A stretch of 64,000 bases of DNA from a virus. The stretch is from IMG/VR virus record IMGVR_UViG_3300045988_138996, positions 1 to 64,000 of that record; one strand, written 5' to 3'. Positions within the stretch are counted from its first letter, which is position 1. Each line of letters opens with the position of its first letter. Of this stretch, positions 1 to 9,857 are shown one piece after another. Position numbers and translations under genes: made by a program. Below the pieces are notes generated by a model that was not told where the DNA came from, made no database searches, and saw only the letters and a program-made list of their open reading frames with translations.

Positions 1-1
1 G

Positions 2-325
2 ATTCGCAATTATAATAAAATTCAAGATATTGTTGCTATTTTTAATAGCATTAAAGTAAGTCGTCGAGCTGTATTTGGCGAAGAAATTATGAAGAAGCAA
101 ACTATTAATGTTGAATTAGGAAAATTGTTTGTTAAACATAAAATACTTGACGACTATCCTGTCTTTAAAATTCTTGTGAAACTACTTGTTGCATGTTATA
201 ATAATCCTGAAGAAACGAATATTTCTGAGCTTAAGATTACTAACGATCTTACAGACGATGAAATTAAAGATATTTACGATGAATTAGATAAACAAATTAA
301 AGATAATCCAGGTATCTTCGCATGA
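2..325 (+). CDS. hypothetical protein; frame is open from the window edge (may be 5'-truncated), first ATG at 89
   Basis: ORF track 89..325; translating the same frame from nt 2 gives no stop before 89. Confidence 0.4.
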   Translation: MRNYNKIQDIVAIFNSIKVSRRAVFGEEIMKKQTINVELGKLFVKHKILDDYPVFKILVKLLVACYNNPEETNISELKITNDLTDDEIKDIYDELDKQIKDNPGIFA

Positions 326-618
326 ATTTGACAGTTAATCAAATCATGAGCCTAGAAGATCCAGAAGAATATATTCGCGGATTATTCGTAAGACTTTGCA
401 TTATCAATTATCGTATTAAGCAAAAAGGATTAACTAAAGAAGATCAATATGAAGTCATGCAATTAATCGAAAGTATCGCTAATACTGTCGGATATAAAGA
501 AGAAATTCTTAATAAGTGTATCGATATATTTAGCGTTACGATGAATATGCATCATGACTTTTACTTATCTTGGGATTTAGTCGATGAGTATTTAAAGGAT
601 AAAGTAAAGTTATCATGA
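322..618 (+). CDS. hypothetical protein
   Basis: ORF track; ATGA overlap with upstream ORF (translational coupling). Confidence 0.45.
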   Translation: MNLTVNQIMSLEDPEEYIRGLFVRLCIINYRIKQKGLTKEDQYEVMQLIESIANTVGYKEEILNKCIDIFSVTMNMHHDFYLSWDLVDEYLKDKVKLS

Positions 619-1046
619 TTTTTCTCAAAGAAAATGTTTTAAAACATGTCGACAAGATGATTGTCGACTTAAACTTTCCAGAACAAATTGGTAGTTTGCA
701 AGAATTAAAAGAAGTTATTACACAGGCAATTAATTATAGCACGAGTACTGATCGATCAGAACAATTGTATTTTAGTTTAAATGAAAAACGATTAATCTTA
801 TCGATCGATGAACAAAATCTCGGTACATTCTATTCTGAGGAATCAGATATGCCAATTATTTGGTCCGAAATCGAAGATTTTGTACCGTCGCCACATGAAG
901 ATGATCAATATATATATGTAAGTACTGTATATGAAACCATTATTATTAGTGATAAGTTAAAACCATTATTAGTCGGTTTATTCTTAGATATTAGTTCAGT
1001 GTTACCAGTTAATTATATTAGGAGTTTTAAATATGAATGTAAATAA
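615..1046 (+). CDS. hypothetical protein
   Basis: ORF track; overlaps neighbours by a few nt on the same strand. Confidence 0.45.
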   Translation: MIFLKENVLKHVDKMIVDLNFPEQIGSLQELKEVITQAINYSTSTDRSEQLYFSLNEKRLILSIDEQNLGTFYSEESDMPIIWSEIEDFVPSPHEDDQYIYVSTVYETIIISDKLKPLLVGLFLDISSVLPVNYIRSFKYECK

Positions 1047-1509
1047 AGCTATTAAAGAAATTAATAATGCACTGACTAATACTGTTGTCGAAATATACGG
1101 CGATAGTGGATCTGGTAAGAGTTATATAGCCGATAAAGTTGCTGAGACTAAAGATTTCGTTTTAATTGTCGATAGCTTAATGCAGCGTACAGAAGGTAGC
1201 TCTTATATCGTTCAATCTAATAAATTAGAAGACATCGAAGAATTAGCTAAGGATTTTGATCTAATTATTATCGACGACTTTTTTCAATTAACCGGTGATC
1301 CTCGGGATAATATTTACAAATTACAAGAATGGGTGTATAATAATAGAAAATTATCTATTATTTTAATTAATCAGATTCGTGCGAATTTTAATGAACGACG
1401 TCCAGAAAAATTTGTTCCGTATGCTGATTATTTATTACAACGGTATGCCGACCGGAGATTCTATACAGAATTTAAAGATGGCAAATATGTAATTACTCAA
1501 GTTAAATGA
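1033..1509 (+). CDS. small P-loop NTPase (RecA/KaiC-like fold suspected)
   Basis: Walker A GDSGSGKSY and Walker B-like LIIIDDF in the translated ORF. Confidence 0.55.
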   Translation: MNVNKAIKEINNALTNTVVEIYGDSGSGKSYIADKVAETKDFVLIVDSLMQRTEGSSYIVQSNKLEDIEELAKDFDLIIIDDFFQLTGDPRDNIYKLQEWVYNNRKLSIILINQIRANFNERRPEKFVPYADYLLQRYADRRFYTEFKDGKYVITQVK

Positions 1510-1518
1510 GGTGCACCT

Positions 1519-2115
1519 ATGATTATTGTAATTTCTGGCCCAAGTGGCAGTGGCAAAAGTACGTTAGCCGGTTTATTCGAAGTTAAAGGTTTTAAACGTA
1601 TCGTAACTTCGACTAATCGCGATCGTCGATTAAACGATCCAGAAGGTCAATACTATTTCGTTCCGAAAGAAGAATGGAACGATGACGACTACATTTGTGT
1701 CACTAATTATGGTGGCAATAAATATGGTATTGATAAAAGTTATTTTGACGAAATTAATAAAGACTTAAATTATATTGTCGTATTAGATGAAGCTGGTTTA
1801 AAAGAACTTAAAGAATACTACGACAATGTATATGGTTTTTATTTGAACGTAGTCGAAAAAACATGTCGTGAACGTATGGCTCAACGTGGTGATGCTGCTG
1901 ATAATATTGAGAAAAGAATTGCTTATGATAAAGAGCATGGTCGTTTTAATTATTTGATTGACGACGACGATTTATATAATCAAGCATTCTTTGGCGAAGA
2001 TCATCCATCTATGATCATGCGTCAAATTATGGATTACTTTAATAATAATCCAGATAGTAAAGAAATGATCGACGAAGGAGAAGAAATTCTCGCTATGTTA
2101 CATAAACAAAAATAA
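1519..2115 (+). CDS. gmk: guanylate kinase-like nucleoside monophosphate kinase
   Basis: GPSGSGKSTL P-loop, TSTNRDRR..EGQYYFV and GGNKYGI match the guanylate kinase pattern. Confidence 0.7.
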   Translation: MIIVISGPSGSGKSTLAGLFEVKGFKRIVTSTNRDRRLNDPEGQYYFVPKEEWNDDDYICVTNYGGNKYGIDKSYFDEINKDLNYIVVLDEAGLKELKEYYDNVYGFYLNVVEKTCRERMAQRGDAADNIEKRIAYDKEHGRFNYLIDDDDLYNQAFFGEDHPSMIMRQIMDYFNNNPDSKEMIDEGEEILAMLHKQK

Positions 2116-2128
2116 ATATGATATATAA

Positions 2129-2155
2129 AGCCCCTTTTCAGGGGCTATTTTTAAT
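2129..2155 (+). terminator. intrinsic terminator after gmk-like gene
   Basis: AGCCCC-TTTTCA-GGGGCT hairpin followed by ATTTTT. Confidence 0.6.
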
Positions 2156-2165
2156 GGAGGAAGTA

Positions 2166-2882
2166 ATGGCATATTCTGATAAAATCGAACAGGCTGCTGT
2201 GATTCTATTCGAAGAACGTGACGATCGTAATAAACTAAGTTTACGTATTCGCGATCTATGCAATATGGATTGGTCTACCGAAACGTTTACGTCATTTTCA
2301 GCTATGTGTGCTATCGAAATGGCTAAGAAGCATCATTGGGCTAAAGAATGGTCTAATATGAATTCATTACATATGGCACGTATCTGGTGTCTTTTAAATG
2401 CCGATGGCGATTCTTTGCGAGAACGTATCGATAATGCTGGCTTTACTGGTCAGAAGATTAACGAAATGATTATCGAAGGTGGCGGAACGCTAAGAAAACA
2501 AAAGTTTGATCAAGCTATTCGTTATAGCGAATGTTTTACCGATGCAGAAATTAAGCTTTTAGAAGCTATTAATAATAAGACTAAGAATAAACGTTTAGCA
2601 TCGATGCGTGAAAAGATTACGCCAGAACATCGTGAATTGGCAACGAAACATCGTTTAGAATCTGCTAAATATAATAAACGTAAAAAAGCTGCTAGTAAGA
2701 TCTTAAAAGAAACAGCTAAGACTGTTAAAAAAGTTAAGAAGTCAGCTCCACGATATGTTACGTATAAGTGTATCATTATCGATAGCAAGAAAAGTAAATT
2801 TGATAATATTGTCAATGCAATTAAATTAATTTTGAGTGGTAATTTTAAGGAAGTAAAGGAAGAAGTCCGTGAGTGTAATTAA
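2166..2882 (+). CDS. hypothetical protein (Lys-rich C-terminus)
   Basis: ORF track 2118..2882. That start lies inside the terminator, so I moved it to ATG 2166, which is preceded by GGAGG. Confidence 0.5.
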   Translation: MAYSDKIEQAAVILFEERDDRNKLSLRIRDLCNMDWSTETFTSFSAMCAIEMAKKHHWAKEWSNMNSLHMARIWCLLNADGDSLRERIDNAGFTGQKINEMIIEGGGTLRKQKFDQAIRYSECFTDAEIKLLEAINNKTKNKRLASMREKITPEHRELATKHRLESAKYNKRKKAASKILKETAKTVKKVKKSAPRYVTYKCIIIDSKKSKFDNIVNAIKLILSGNFKEVKEEVRECN

Positions 2883-3438
2883 AGATAATGACGGTGTTCG
2901 CATCGGTATTTTCGATAAAATGCTCGAAGAGCGAGTATTATTTATCGTAGGAGAGATTAATGATGAGTTGGCAAATTCTATCGTTGCCCATTTATTATAT
3001 CTTAATAGCAAAGATAGCCGTAAACCAATTACATTATATATTAATAGCCCTGGTGGTGTGATTACTTCTGGATTAGCTATTTATGATACGATGAAATTAG
3101 TTAAAGCACCAGTTCATACGATTGGTTATGGTATGTGTGCTAGTATGGCTAGTTTTTTATTAAGTATGGGCGATAAACGTAGTGTATTGCCTAATACATG
3201 TGTAATGATTCATCAGCCATTGGGTGGCGCACAAGGTCAACAAACTGAAATTGAAATCACTTATAAGCGAATTACGTCTCTTCGTGAAAAACTAGAAAAG
3301 ATGTATGCCGAAAAATCTAACGGCAAATCTTCTTATAAGCAAATTCACGAAGCTTGTGAACGCGATAACTATCTCGATGCTAAAGAAGCATTGGATATGG
3401 GTTTAGTCGATGAGATTATCGGAGGTGATGACGAATAA
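2869..3438 (+). CDS. clpP: ATP-dependent Clp protease proteolytic subunit ClpP
   Basis: ERVLFIVGEIND, SPGGVITSGLAIYDTM, catalytic Ser context GMCASMAS, IHQPLGG. Confidence 0.9.
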   Translation: MSVIKDNDGVRIGIFDKMLEERVLFIVGEINDELANSIVAHLLYLNSKDSRKPITLYINSPGGVITSGLAIYDTMKLVKAPVHTIGYGMCASMASFLLSMGDKRSVLPNTCVMIHQPLGGAQGQQTEIEITYKRITSLREKLEKMYAEKSNGKSSYKQIHEACERDNYLDAKEALDMGLVDEIIGGDDE

Positions 3439-3930
3439 TGAAATGTTCATTCTGTGGCAAAGATATCAACGATAATGAAAATAATCGAGTAACCTTTAGT
3501 TCTTCCGTAGACGAAAATATTTTCATCTGTCAAGATTGCGTTGAAAACATGAGTATTCAGTTAGTCGAAGATAATCCAGATTTAAATTTCGGTGTTAATT
3601 TAGAAGAAGATTTTGGTCTCGAAGATAAGCCAAAACCAAAGGTTAAAAAATCTAAATTATTGCCTTCACAAATTAAAGAATATTTAGATGAAAGTGTAAT
3701 TAATCAAGATTACGCTAAAAAGATTCTAAGTGTAGCTGTAACTAATCATACTAAACTGTTAGAATATAATGCTATGAAAAAAGAAAAAACTGGAGTCGAT
3801 GTAGAAAAAGGATGCGTCCTTATGATTGGCTCGAGTGGTGTTGGCAAAACGTTTTTAATTAAACAAATTTCTAAAAAATTAAAACGTCCATGTGTAATTG
3901 TCGATGCAAGTAGTCTCACCAAATCGGGGT
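3438..3930 (+). CDS. clpX: ClpX unfoldase, exon 1 (zinc-binding domain to Walker A)
   Basis: CSFCGK..CQDC zinc ribbon and Walker A GSSGVGKTFL. The frame breaks after ..DASSLTKSG, where ClpX continues G[YF]VGEDV. Confidence 0.85.
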
Positions 3931-4210
3931 TGACACAATAAGCCCTCTCTGATAAAAGTACAAATAAGTCAGAGTAATTAATGTGATCAAAATCGGTGAA
4001 GAGCCCATGTGGAAAATACCGAGGTAATCAAAAAATTTAAAAGATTTTTGACACCGTAACGCGTAGGAATTGAACCTTATAATATAAGAATAAAATATTC
4101 CCAAGAGTGATCGCCTCAGTTTGTATACTATTTTTACTGAGAAAATGTACGCTGAACTTGCAGGTGACTGTAAGAGCTATAGGATAAAAAGCCTATAGGG
4201 TAACAAATTG
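3931..4210 (+). ncRNA. ORF-less group I intron (280 nt) inside clpX
   Basis: The 5' exon ends in U (3930), which pairs as a G:U with G3942 in a P1 helix (exon GGGGU / intron GCCCU, 11-nt loop). The intron ends in G (4210). Splicing restores SG-F-VGEDVNSII..IVYIDEIDKI in frame. Confidence 0.7.
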
Positions 4211-5010
4211 TTGTTGGTGAAGACGTAAATAGTATTATTGGCAGACTGTATCGTGAAGCTGGTGAAGATATTTCTAAGGCTGAACAAGGTATTGTCTATA
4301 TCGACGAAATCGATAAGATTGCTGCTCGTGATCCTGAAAATGCAGGTGCTCAAGGTAGTGATATCGGTGGTCGTGATGTGCAGTACGAATTATTAAAACT
4401 TGTCGAAGGTGGCAAAGTAGCTATTAAGACAGGCGGTATGTTAGGTCAAGGTTCAACAGTCGAAATCGATACGACAAATATATTGTTTATTTGTGGCGGT
4501 GCATTTACCGGTATCGAAAAGAAAATTGCTGAACGTCTAAATAAATCTGTCGATAACGGTTTCGGCTTTACAAATGTAAAGTCCGAAAACGAAATTCAGG
4601 ATGAAATTACATATAATGGTTTAATCGATAATATCTTACCAGAAGATTTAAGTAATTTCGGTATTATTCCAGAATTATTAGGTCGATTACCAGTTATTTG
4701 TCCATTAAAAGAACTAAGTATCGAAGATTTAGAAAATATTTTAACGCAACCTAAACATGCTATATTTAAACAGTTAAAAGAGCTAGTAAGTATGTATGGT
4801 GTCGAATTAGAATTTGATAATGATACAATTCATACGATTGCTAAATTAGCTTATGAACGTAAGACTGGTGCCCGTGCGCTACGTAGTGTATGTGAAGCAT
4901 TAGTCGACGATAAGATTTTCGAAATCACTCCAAAGACTAAGAAAATTAAAATTACTAAGGAAGATGTCGAAAAGAAATTCGAATATTACCTAAAGAAGGA
5001 GGAAGAATAA
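4211..5010 (+). CDS. clpX: ClpX unfoldase, exon 2 (pore loop, Walker B, C-terminal domain)
   Basis: Hand translation from 4211 gives (F)VGEDVNSIIGRLYREAGEDISKAEQGIVYIDEIDKIA and runs in frame into track ORF 4378..5010 (GARALRS sensor motif). Confidence 0.85.
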
Positions 5011-5015
5011 TAAAG

Positions 5016-5879
5016 ATGTACGATTTAGTATCTCTTACTGAAGCAGCTTTAATTATAGCTATCGATAAATTAGCTAATAATGCTGATAAATTAACAGTCG
5101 ATGAAATTAGATTGCTTCATGAAATGTATATTGCTGGTACTATCGAAAAACTTCAACAAAAATTTAAAGCTGCTGAAAAAGATGCTCAAGAATTCTTAGC
5201 TAAAGAAGAAGCTAATGAAACTACTGCATCTGAAATCGTAACGGCTAAGGAAGAAGTTAAAGAAGAAAAACCTAAAACTAAACGTGGTCGTCCTAAAGCT
5301 AAAGCTAAAGAAGAAGATGTACCGGTAACAGATTTCGAAGGTAATGTATTGCCTCCAGAAAAATTAGCTAAAGGTAGTGAAGATAAAGTTCACGATGAAG
5401 AACCAGCTTTCGTACCCAGTAAAGCAGAAGTTAAACCTGAAGTCGTTGTCGAAGAAGCTTCTGCAGCTGAAAAAGCAACAAAATCTTTAGAGTTTAACGA
5501 AGCTCAATTAGATTGTTATGTATCTGAATTTAAACGTGAAGAAACATTCGAATCTAATCCTGAAGCAAAAGCTAAACTTACGCCTCAACGTAAGAAAATT
5601 AATGCTTTCGTAAAAGAAGCCGAAGGCAATAAAGCAGTATTACGTAAATATTTCGATGAAATTTTAGACGACGCCGATAAAGGTATGTCGTTTAAAGAAA
5701 TTACGCCTTTCTATGTCGATAATTTAGCTCATTACTTAACATTACGTGAAGAATTAGCACGTTATAATGAAGATCAAATTGTCGAAAAAATGAAAGAAAT
5801 TTCCGGCGGAGTATTACACGATATCTCTCAATTGAATCGGTATAATATCGAAGCCATTTTAACAGTTCTTAAAGCATAA
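5016..5879 (+). CDS. hypothetical Lys/Glu-rich protein
   Basis: ORF track; RBS GGAGGA upstream. Confidence 0.5.
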   Translation: MYDLVSLTEAALIIAIDKLANNADKLTVDEIRLLHEMYIAGTIEKLQQKFKAAEKDAQEFLAKEEANETTASEIVTAKEEVKEEKPKTKRGRPKAKAKEEDVPVTDFEGNVLPPEKLAKGSEDKVHDEEPAFVPSKAEVKPEVVVEEASAAEKATKSLEFNEAQLDCYVSEFKREETFESNPEAKAKLTPQRKKINAFVKEAEGNKAVLRKYFDEILDDADKGMSFKEITPFYVDNLAHYLTLREELARYNEDQIVEKMKEISGGVLHDISQLNRYNIEAILTVLKA

Positions 5880-5935
5880 TATATGCTTAAGATATATATG
5901 TAAATAATTTTATTTAAGAAAAGGAGACAATTAAC

Positions 5936-6370
5936 ATGTCCATGAACAAATTGATTTTACAAGGTCGTATTCCTACAAGTGAAAAGTTTAGATTCGACGT
6001 TCGTTTCGGCGATGGCGAAAATGAACGTTCTTTTGCTAATTTCCAAATGTCTGTACGTCGTAATTGGAAACCAAAAGACGAACAATACTATCCAGAAGAT
6101 ATCTTTAATGTAGTAGCTTATGGTCCTAATGCTGACGTTATTGGCAAACACGTAAAACGTGGCGAAGAATTCTTGATTGCTTGTCATTTGCAAAATAGAA
6201 CGTACGAAGACAAGAATGGTAATACCGTATATACTAACGATATTATTGTCGACGAATTCTATTTTGAGGATCATCGTTCTGGTGGTAATAGCGAATCTAA
6301 TTTCGATAATTTCAGCGATGCACCAGCTAATAGTGCGACTGAAGATGACGACGACGTTCTCGATATCTAA
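5936..6370 (+). CDS. ssb: single-stranded DNA-binding protein
   Basis: OB-fold SSB pattern (LILQGRI.., FNVVAYG..A..I.KHVKRGEEF..) and an acidic tail DDDDVLDI. Confidence 0.85.
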   Translation: MSMNKLILQGRIPTSEKFRFDVRFGDGENERSFANFQMSVRRNWKPKDEQYYPEDIFNVVAYGPNADVIGKHVKRGEEFLIACHLQNRTYEDKNGNTVYTNDIIVDEFYFEDHRSGGNSESNFDNFSDAPANSATEDDDDVLDI

Positions 6371-6405
6371 TAATTGTTAAATTAGCCATCGTATGTTATA
6401 ATTAT

Positions 6406-6440
6406 AGTGGGTATACACAGTGTATGCCCACTATTTTTAT
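6406..6440 (+). terminator. intrinsic terminator after ssb
   Basis: 12-bp stem AGTGGGTATACA / TGTATGCCCACT (one G:U), 3-nt loop, then ATTTTT. Confidence 0.65.
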
Positions 6441-6459
6441 TATATTTGTGAGGTGGCTC

Positions 6460-6840
6460 ATGGACCAATTAGAGCATATCGATTCCCAGATACAAGACTG
6501 GGAGAAATTTTTTAAATTAGATAATGAACTTAGAAGTAATCTAAATCAAATTTCAGAATATGTCGGAGAGAAACTTGCTAAAGGTAAATTTGGTGAACCT
6601 ATTCAAGTCGAATTCGACGACAAAATATTTCAATTTGTATTTAGAGTCGGTACTTCTGGTTTACGTGGTCGTGTCGATTCTTATATCGCTAGTAGTAAAT
6701 TGTTAATTAAACCTAGAGGATTTAAAGCACAAGTTGATTTTAATCAAGACGTATCATTAGCCGAGACGATTGGCGAAACGGCTCGAGGTATTTTGTATCG
6801 TTACTATGATTTAATCGATGATGAAGATCACGTTTATTAG
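6460..6840 (+). CDS. hypothetical protein
   Basis: ORF track 6424..6840. That start lies in the terminator; ATG 6460 is preceded by GAGGTGG. Confidence 0.45.
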   Translation: MDQLEHIDSQIQDWEKFFKLDNELRSNLNQISEYVGEKLAKGKFGEPIQVEFDDKIFQFVFRVGTSGLRGRVDSYIASSKLLIKPRGFKAQVDFNQDVSLAETIGETARGILYRYYDLIDDEDHVY

Positions 6841-7152
6841 AACGAGCTTATAAGTAGTTAATAATATTGACAAAACGATATATAAGTGGACATTTATATC
6901 TTATATACCGTTACTTGTAAGACCGTTTCTAGCCCTGGTGATTGTGTCTAACGAAAGTTATTTGCGAAATGAACCAAGTTATTGGAAAAAGTTAAAAACT
7001 CACCAGCAGATGTAATCTTCAGTCGGCTGCTCTGAGAATATTAAACCAAGAAACTCTGCTAATGTCCTGCAGAGATAACAGGAATAATATATGAACTTCC
7101 TGATGACATGGGCAAGAAGAAAAATTCTCCTTTATAAAGGAAGGTGGCAGAG
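6841..7152 (+). ncRNA. putative IscB omega-RNA (HEARO-type) region
   Basis: A 312-nt ORF-free block directly 5' of iscB, which is where IscB guide RNAs are encoded. Hairpins are visible, e.g. CTCTGC-N-GCAGAG at ~7055-7078, and it is richer in G+C than its flanks. Confidence 0.55.
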
Positions 7153-8391
7153 ATGCTTAAAAAATATTCGTTCGTACTAGATGCAGATGAAAAACAATTA
7201 GATCCTACAATCGAACAAAATACATGGCGACTTATTCGACAAGAAAAAGCATGCTTGATTTCTAAATTTCCTATGATCATTAAATTAAACAAAATCGTAA
7301 AAAATCCGAATCAAGATGAAATACGCTGCGGAATAGACGATGGCACAAACCACGTAGGATTGGCTCTTGTTCAAAAATGTCAGACAAGAAACAAAGTTTT
7401 ATTTAAAGGCGTTATAGAACAAAGAAAAGATGTAAAGCACCTTATAGATGTAAGAAGAAATTATCGGAGATATCATCGTTATCATAAACGCTACCGTCAG
7501 CAAAGATTTAATAATCGTGCTTCTTCTAAAAGAAGTGGACGATTACCGCCATCAATAAAACAACGGAAACAAGCAATAATTCGCGTAATCAATAGATTAT
7601 GTAAATGGATACGCATTAATAATTACTGGTTAGAAGATGTTAAAATAAATATTCGTGCTTTAACTGATGGATTTAAACCTTATAAATGGCAGTATCAAAA
7701 ACCAAATAGATTAGACAATAATTTAAGGCTTGCAGCTATTTATCGAGATAGTTGCCAATGCATTGAATGTGGCAAGAAAAATACTCGTTTTGAAGTACAT
7801 CATATAACACCTCAATCAAAAGGCGGTGCAGATACTATCAGCAATTTAGCAACCCTTTGTCCAGAATGTCATACTAAAACGTTCAGACAAGAAGAACAGT
7901 TTGCCGATCGATATTATTCTCTGATAGGATCTACTGGTAACATTAATGGATTAGCCGATGCACAAAGAGTTATGCAGGGAAAAACCTGGCTTAGAGAACA
8001 ATTAACGCAACATGGAAGATTGTTTTTAACAACGGGTGCAGATACAGCAAATAAACGCGATGATTGGAATATAGTTAAAACTCATTCTAACGATGCAATA
8101 TGTATAACGGATTTAGAACCAGAAAATATAGATATAGAAGAATGGATTATAAAGCCAATGCGCCGTAAAAGTAAAGCTCGAACTGAGCAAGTTTGTGGCT
8201 TTCGCCATCGAGATTTAGTAACTTACACATATCGAAATGGTGAAATACATATGGGATATGTAACGGCATTATATCCAGATAAAAATAAATTGAGCTTTCA
8301 ATCTCCAACAAAACGTTGCACAGGAGTAAATGCTTTAAAAACAAAGTTATTATGGAGATTTAACAAGATTTATTGGTTAAAATATTCGTAA
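7153..8391 (+). CDS. iscB: IscB RNA-guided nuclease (PLMP-like N-terminus, split RuvC, Arg-rich bridge helix, HNH)
   Basis: N-terminus [28 protein letters not shown]; Ruv[34 protein letters not shown]; Ruv[41 protein letters not shown]; Ruv[12 protein letters not shown]. Confidence 0.8.
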   Translation: MLKKYSFVLDADEKQLDPTIEQNTWRLIRQEKACLISKFPMIIKLNKIVKNPNQDEIRCGIDDGTNHVGLALVQKCQTRNKVLFKGVIEQRKDVKHLIDVRRNYRRYHRYHKRYRQQRFNNRASSKRSGRLPPSIKQRKQAIIRVINRLCKWIRINNYWLEDVKINIRALTDGFKPYKWQYQKPNRLDNNLRLAAIYRDSCQCIECGKKNTRFEVHHITPQSKGGADTISNLATLCPECHTKTFRQEEQFADRYYSLIGSTGNINGLADAQRVMQGKTWLREQLTQHGRLFLTTGADTANKRDDWNIVKTHSNDAICITDLEPENIDIEEWIIKPMRRKSKARTEQVCGFRHRDLVTYTYRNGEIHMGYVTALYPDKNKLSFQSPTKRCTGVNALKTKLLWRFNKIYWLKYS

Positions 8392-8401
8392 GTTTGTATA
8401 T

Positions 8402-9379
8402 ATGTCTATATTTTATAATGTTTTTAAAAGGAATTTTTATATGTTTAAAAATATGATTTGCGGTCTACGTAATTATTTTAAGAATACTTATAATAATAAC
8501 ATCGACGCACAATATTTAAGTATTTTAACTAATATTATTGCTAATGGTACTCGCAAAGAAAACCGTACAGATACTGCTGCGTATAGTATTCCGCATCAGC
8601 GTATGTCTTTTGATTTATCAAAAGAATTTCCATTATTAACCAGTAAATTTGTCGGTCTTAAAACAGCGACAAAAGAAATGTTATGGATTTGGCAAGATAA
8701 ATCTAACGACGTTAATGTATTAAATAAAAAATACGGCGTTAAAATTTGGAATGAATGGAAACGTACTGACGGTACTATCGGCAAAGCGTATGGGTATCAG
8801 TTAGCAAAACAATATAAGTATTTCGACGTCGATGCTAATAATGCTTTTAAGCTTAAAAAAGATGGCAAAATTAGTGATTATCGCGTCGGTAAAAATGGCG
8901 AAATCTACATGGATCAAGTCGATAAATTAATTTACGATTTACATTATAATCGTGATAGTCGACGTATGGTCGTTAGTTTGTGGAATGTCGAAGATCTTAA
9001 CGATATGGCATTGCAACCTTGTGCATTTTTAACAGAATGGAATGTTACCGATGGTAAATTACATTGTCTACTCAATCTCAGATCGAGCGACTGGTGCATT
9101 GGGAGCCCCTATAATATAGCACAATATGCAATGTTAGTATTGGTATTAGCTAAAACTAGTGGATTAAAACCTGGTAAGTTTACCGTTATGATTAACGACT
9201 GTCATGTATATGAAAATCATTTAAAAGGTGCTGTTCAACAATTAGCTAATAAAACATATACATTACCAAAAGTAACGTTAAAAGAAGGCTTCGACAGTTT
9301 TTATGAGTTCGATGCTGACTGTTTTGAAGTTAAAGATTATAAACATAGTGGCAAAATCGAATTTGAGGTTGCCGTATGA
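8402..9379 (+). CDS. thyA: thymidylate synthase ThyA
   Basis: NGTRKENRTDT, FPLLTSKFV, EMLWIWQ, LQPCAF (catalytic Cys), LRSSDW..GSPYNIAQY. Confidence 0.9.
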   Translation: MSIFYNVFKRNFYMFKNMICGLRNYFKNTYNNNIDAQYLSILTNIIANGTRKENRTDTAAYSIPHQRMSFDLSKEFPLLTSKFVGLKTATKEMLWIWQDKSNDVNVLNKKYGVKIWNEWKRTDGTIGKAYGYQLAKQYKYFDVDANNAFKLKKDGKISDYRVGKNGEIYMDQVDKLIYDLHYNRDSRRMVVSLWNVEDLNDMALQPCAFLTEWNVTDGKLHCLLNLRSSDWCIGSPYNIAQYAMLVLVLAKTSGLKPGKFTVMINDCHVYENHLKGAVQQLANKTYTLPKVTLKEGFDSFYEFDADCFEVKDYKHSGKIEFEVAV

Positions 9380-9852
9380 TTAATATGATTGTTTGTAAAA
9401 ACAACTTTGACTATATCGGTAAAGATAATAAAACGCTATATCATATTCCGAAGGATTTAGCATTTTTTAAGCGCAAAACCGTTAATCATATAATTATAAT
9501 GGGTCGTAAAACATTTGAAAGTTTGCCTGGTATGTTACCTAACCGTGAACATTGGGTTATTACCAGAGATCAGAGCTTTAATAAAGCTCGTTCATTTAAT
9601 AGTATCGATGACGTTCTAGAGGCCATCGATCCAAATGTAGACTATTATATTATTGGTGGCGGTGAAATATATAAACAATTTATGCCGTATGCCGATTGTT
9701 TATATATAACAGAAGTCGATGATTTTAAAGTAGGTGATGTTAGATTTCCACCGATTAATATGACAAAATGGAGTCTATCTGTTTCGCGTACTGATATCGA
9801 TGAAAAATCTAATTTAACCTTACGATTTAAGAAATATTTACGAAAGGGCTAA
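9376..9852 (+). CDS. folA: dihydrofolate reductase
   Basis: IPKDLAFFKRKT..IIMGRKTFESLP, YIIGGGEIY; ATGA overlap with thyA. Confidence 0.85.
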   Translation: MINMIVCKNNFDYIGKDNKTLYHIPKDLAFFKRKTVNHIIIMGRKTFESLPGMLPNREHWVITRDQSFNKARSFNSIDDVLEAIDPNVDYYIIGGGEIYKQFMPYADCLYITEVDDFKVGDVRFPPINMTKWSLSVSRTDIDEKSNLTLRFKKYLRKG

Positions 9853-9857
9853 ACCTT

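Noticed and set aside
2522-3011. Minus-strand ORFs 2522..2815 and 2826..3011
   Set aside because: They lie fully antisense to well-supported + strand genes (including clpP), have low-complexity hydrophobic translations, and have no RBS.
3916-4104. 62-aa minus-strand ORF inside the clpX intron; considered as a possible homing endonuclease
   Set aside because: It is antisense to the intron, has no LAGLIDADG, GIY-YIG, HNH or His-Cys motif and no RBS, and overlaps predicted intron helices. Treated as spurious, so the intron is ORF-less.
5957-6380. ORFs 5957..6274 (-) and 6177..6380 (+) overlapping ssb
   Set aside because: They overlap a confidently identified SSB gene in other frames, and their translations are low-complexity.
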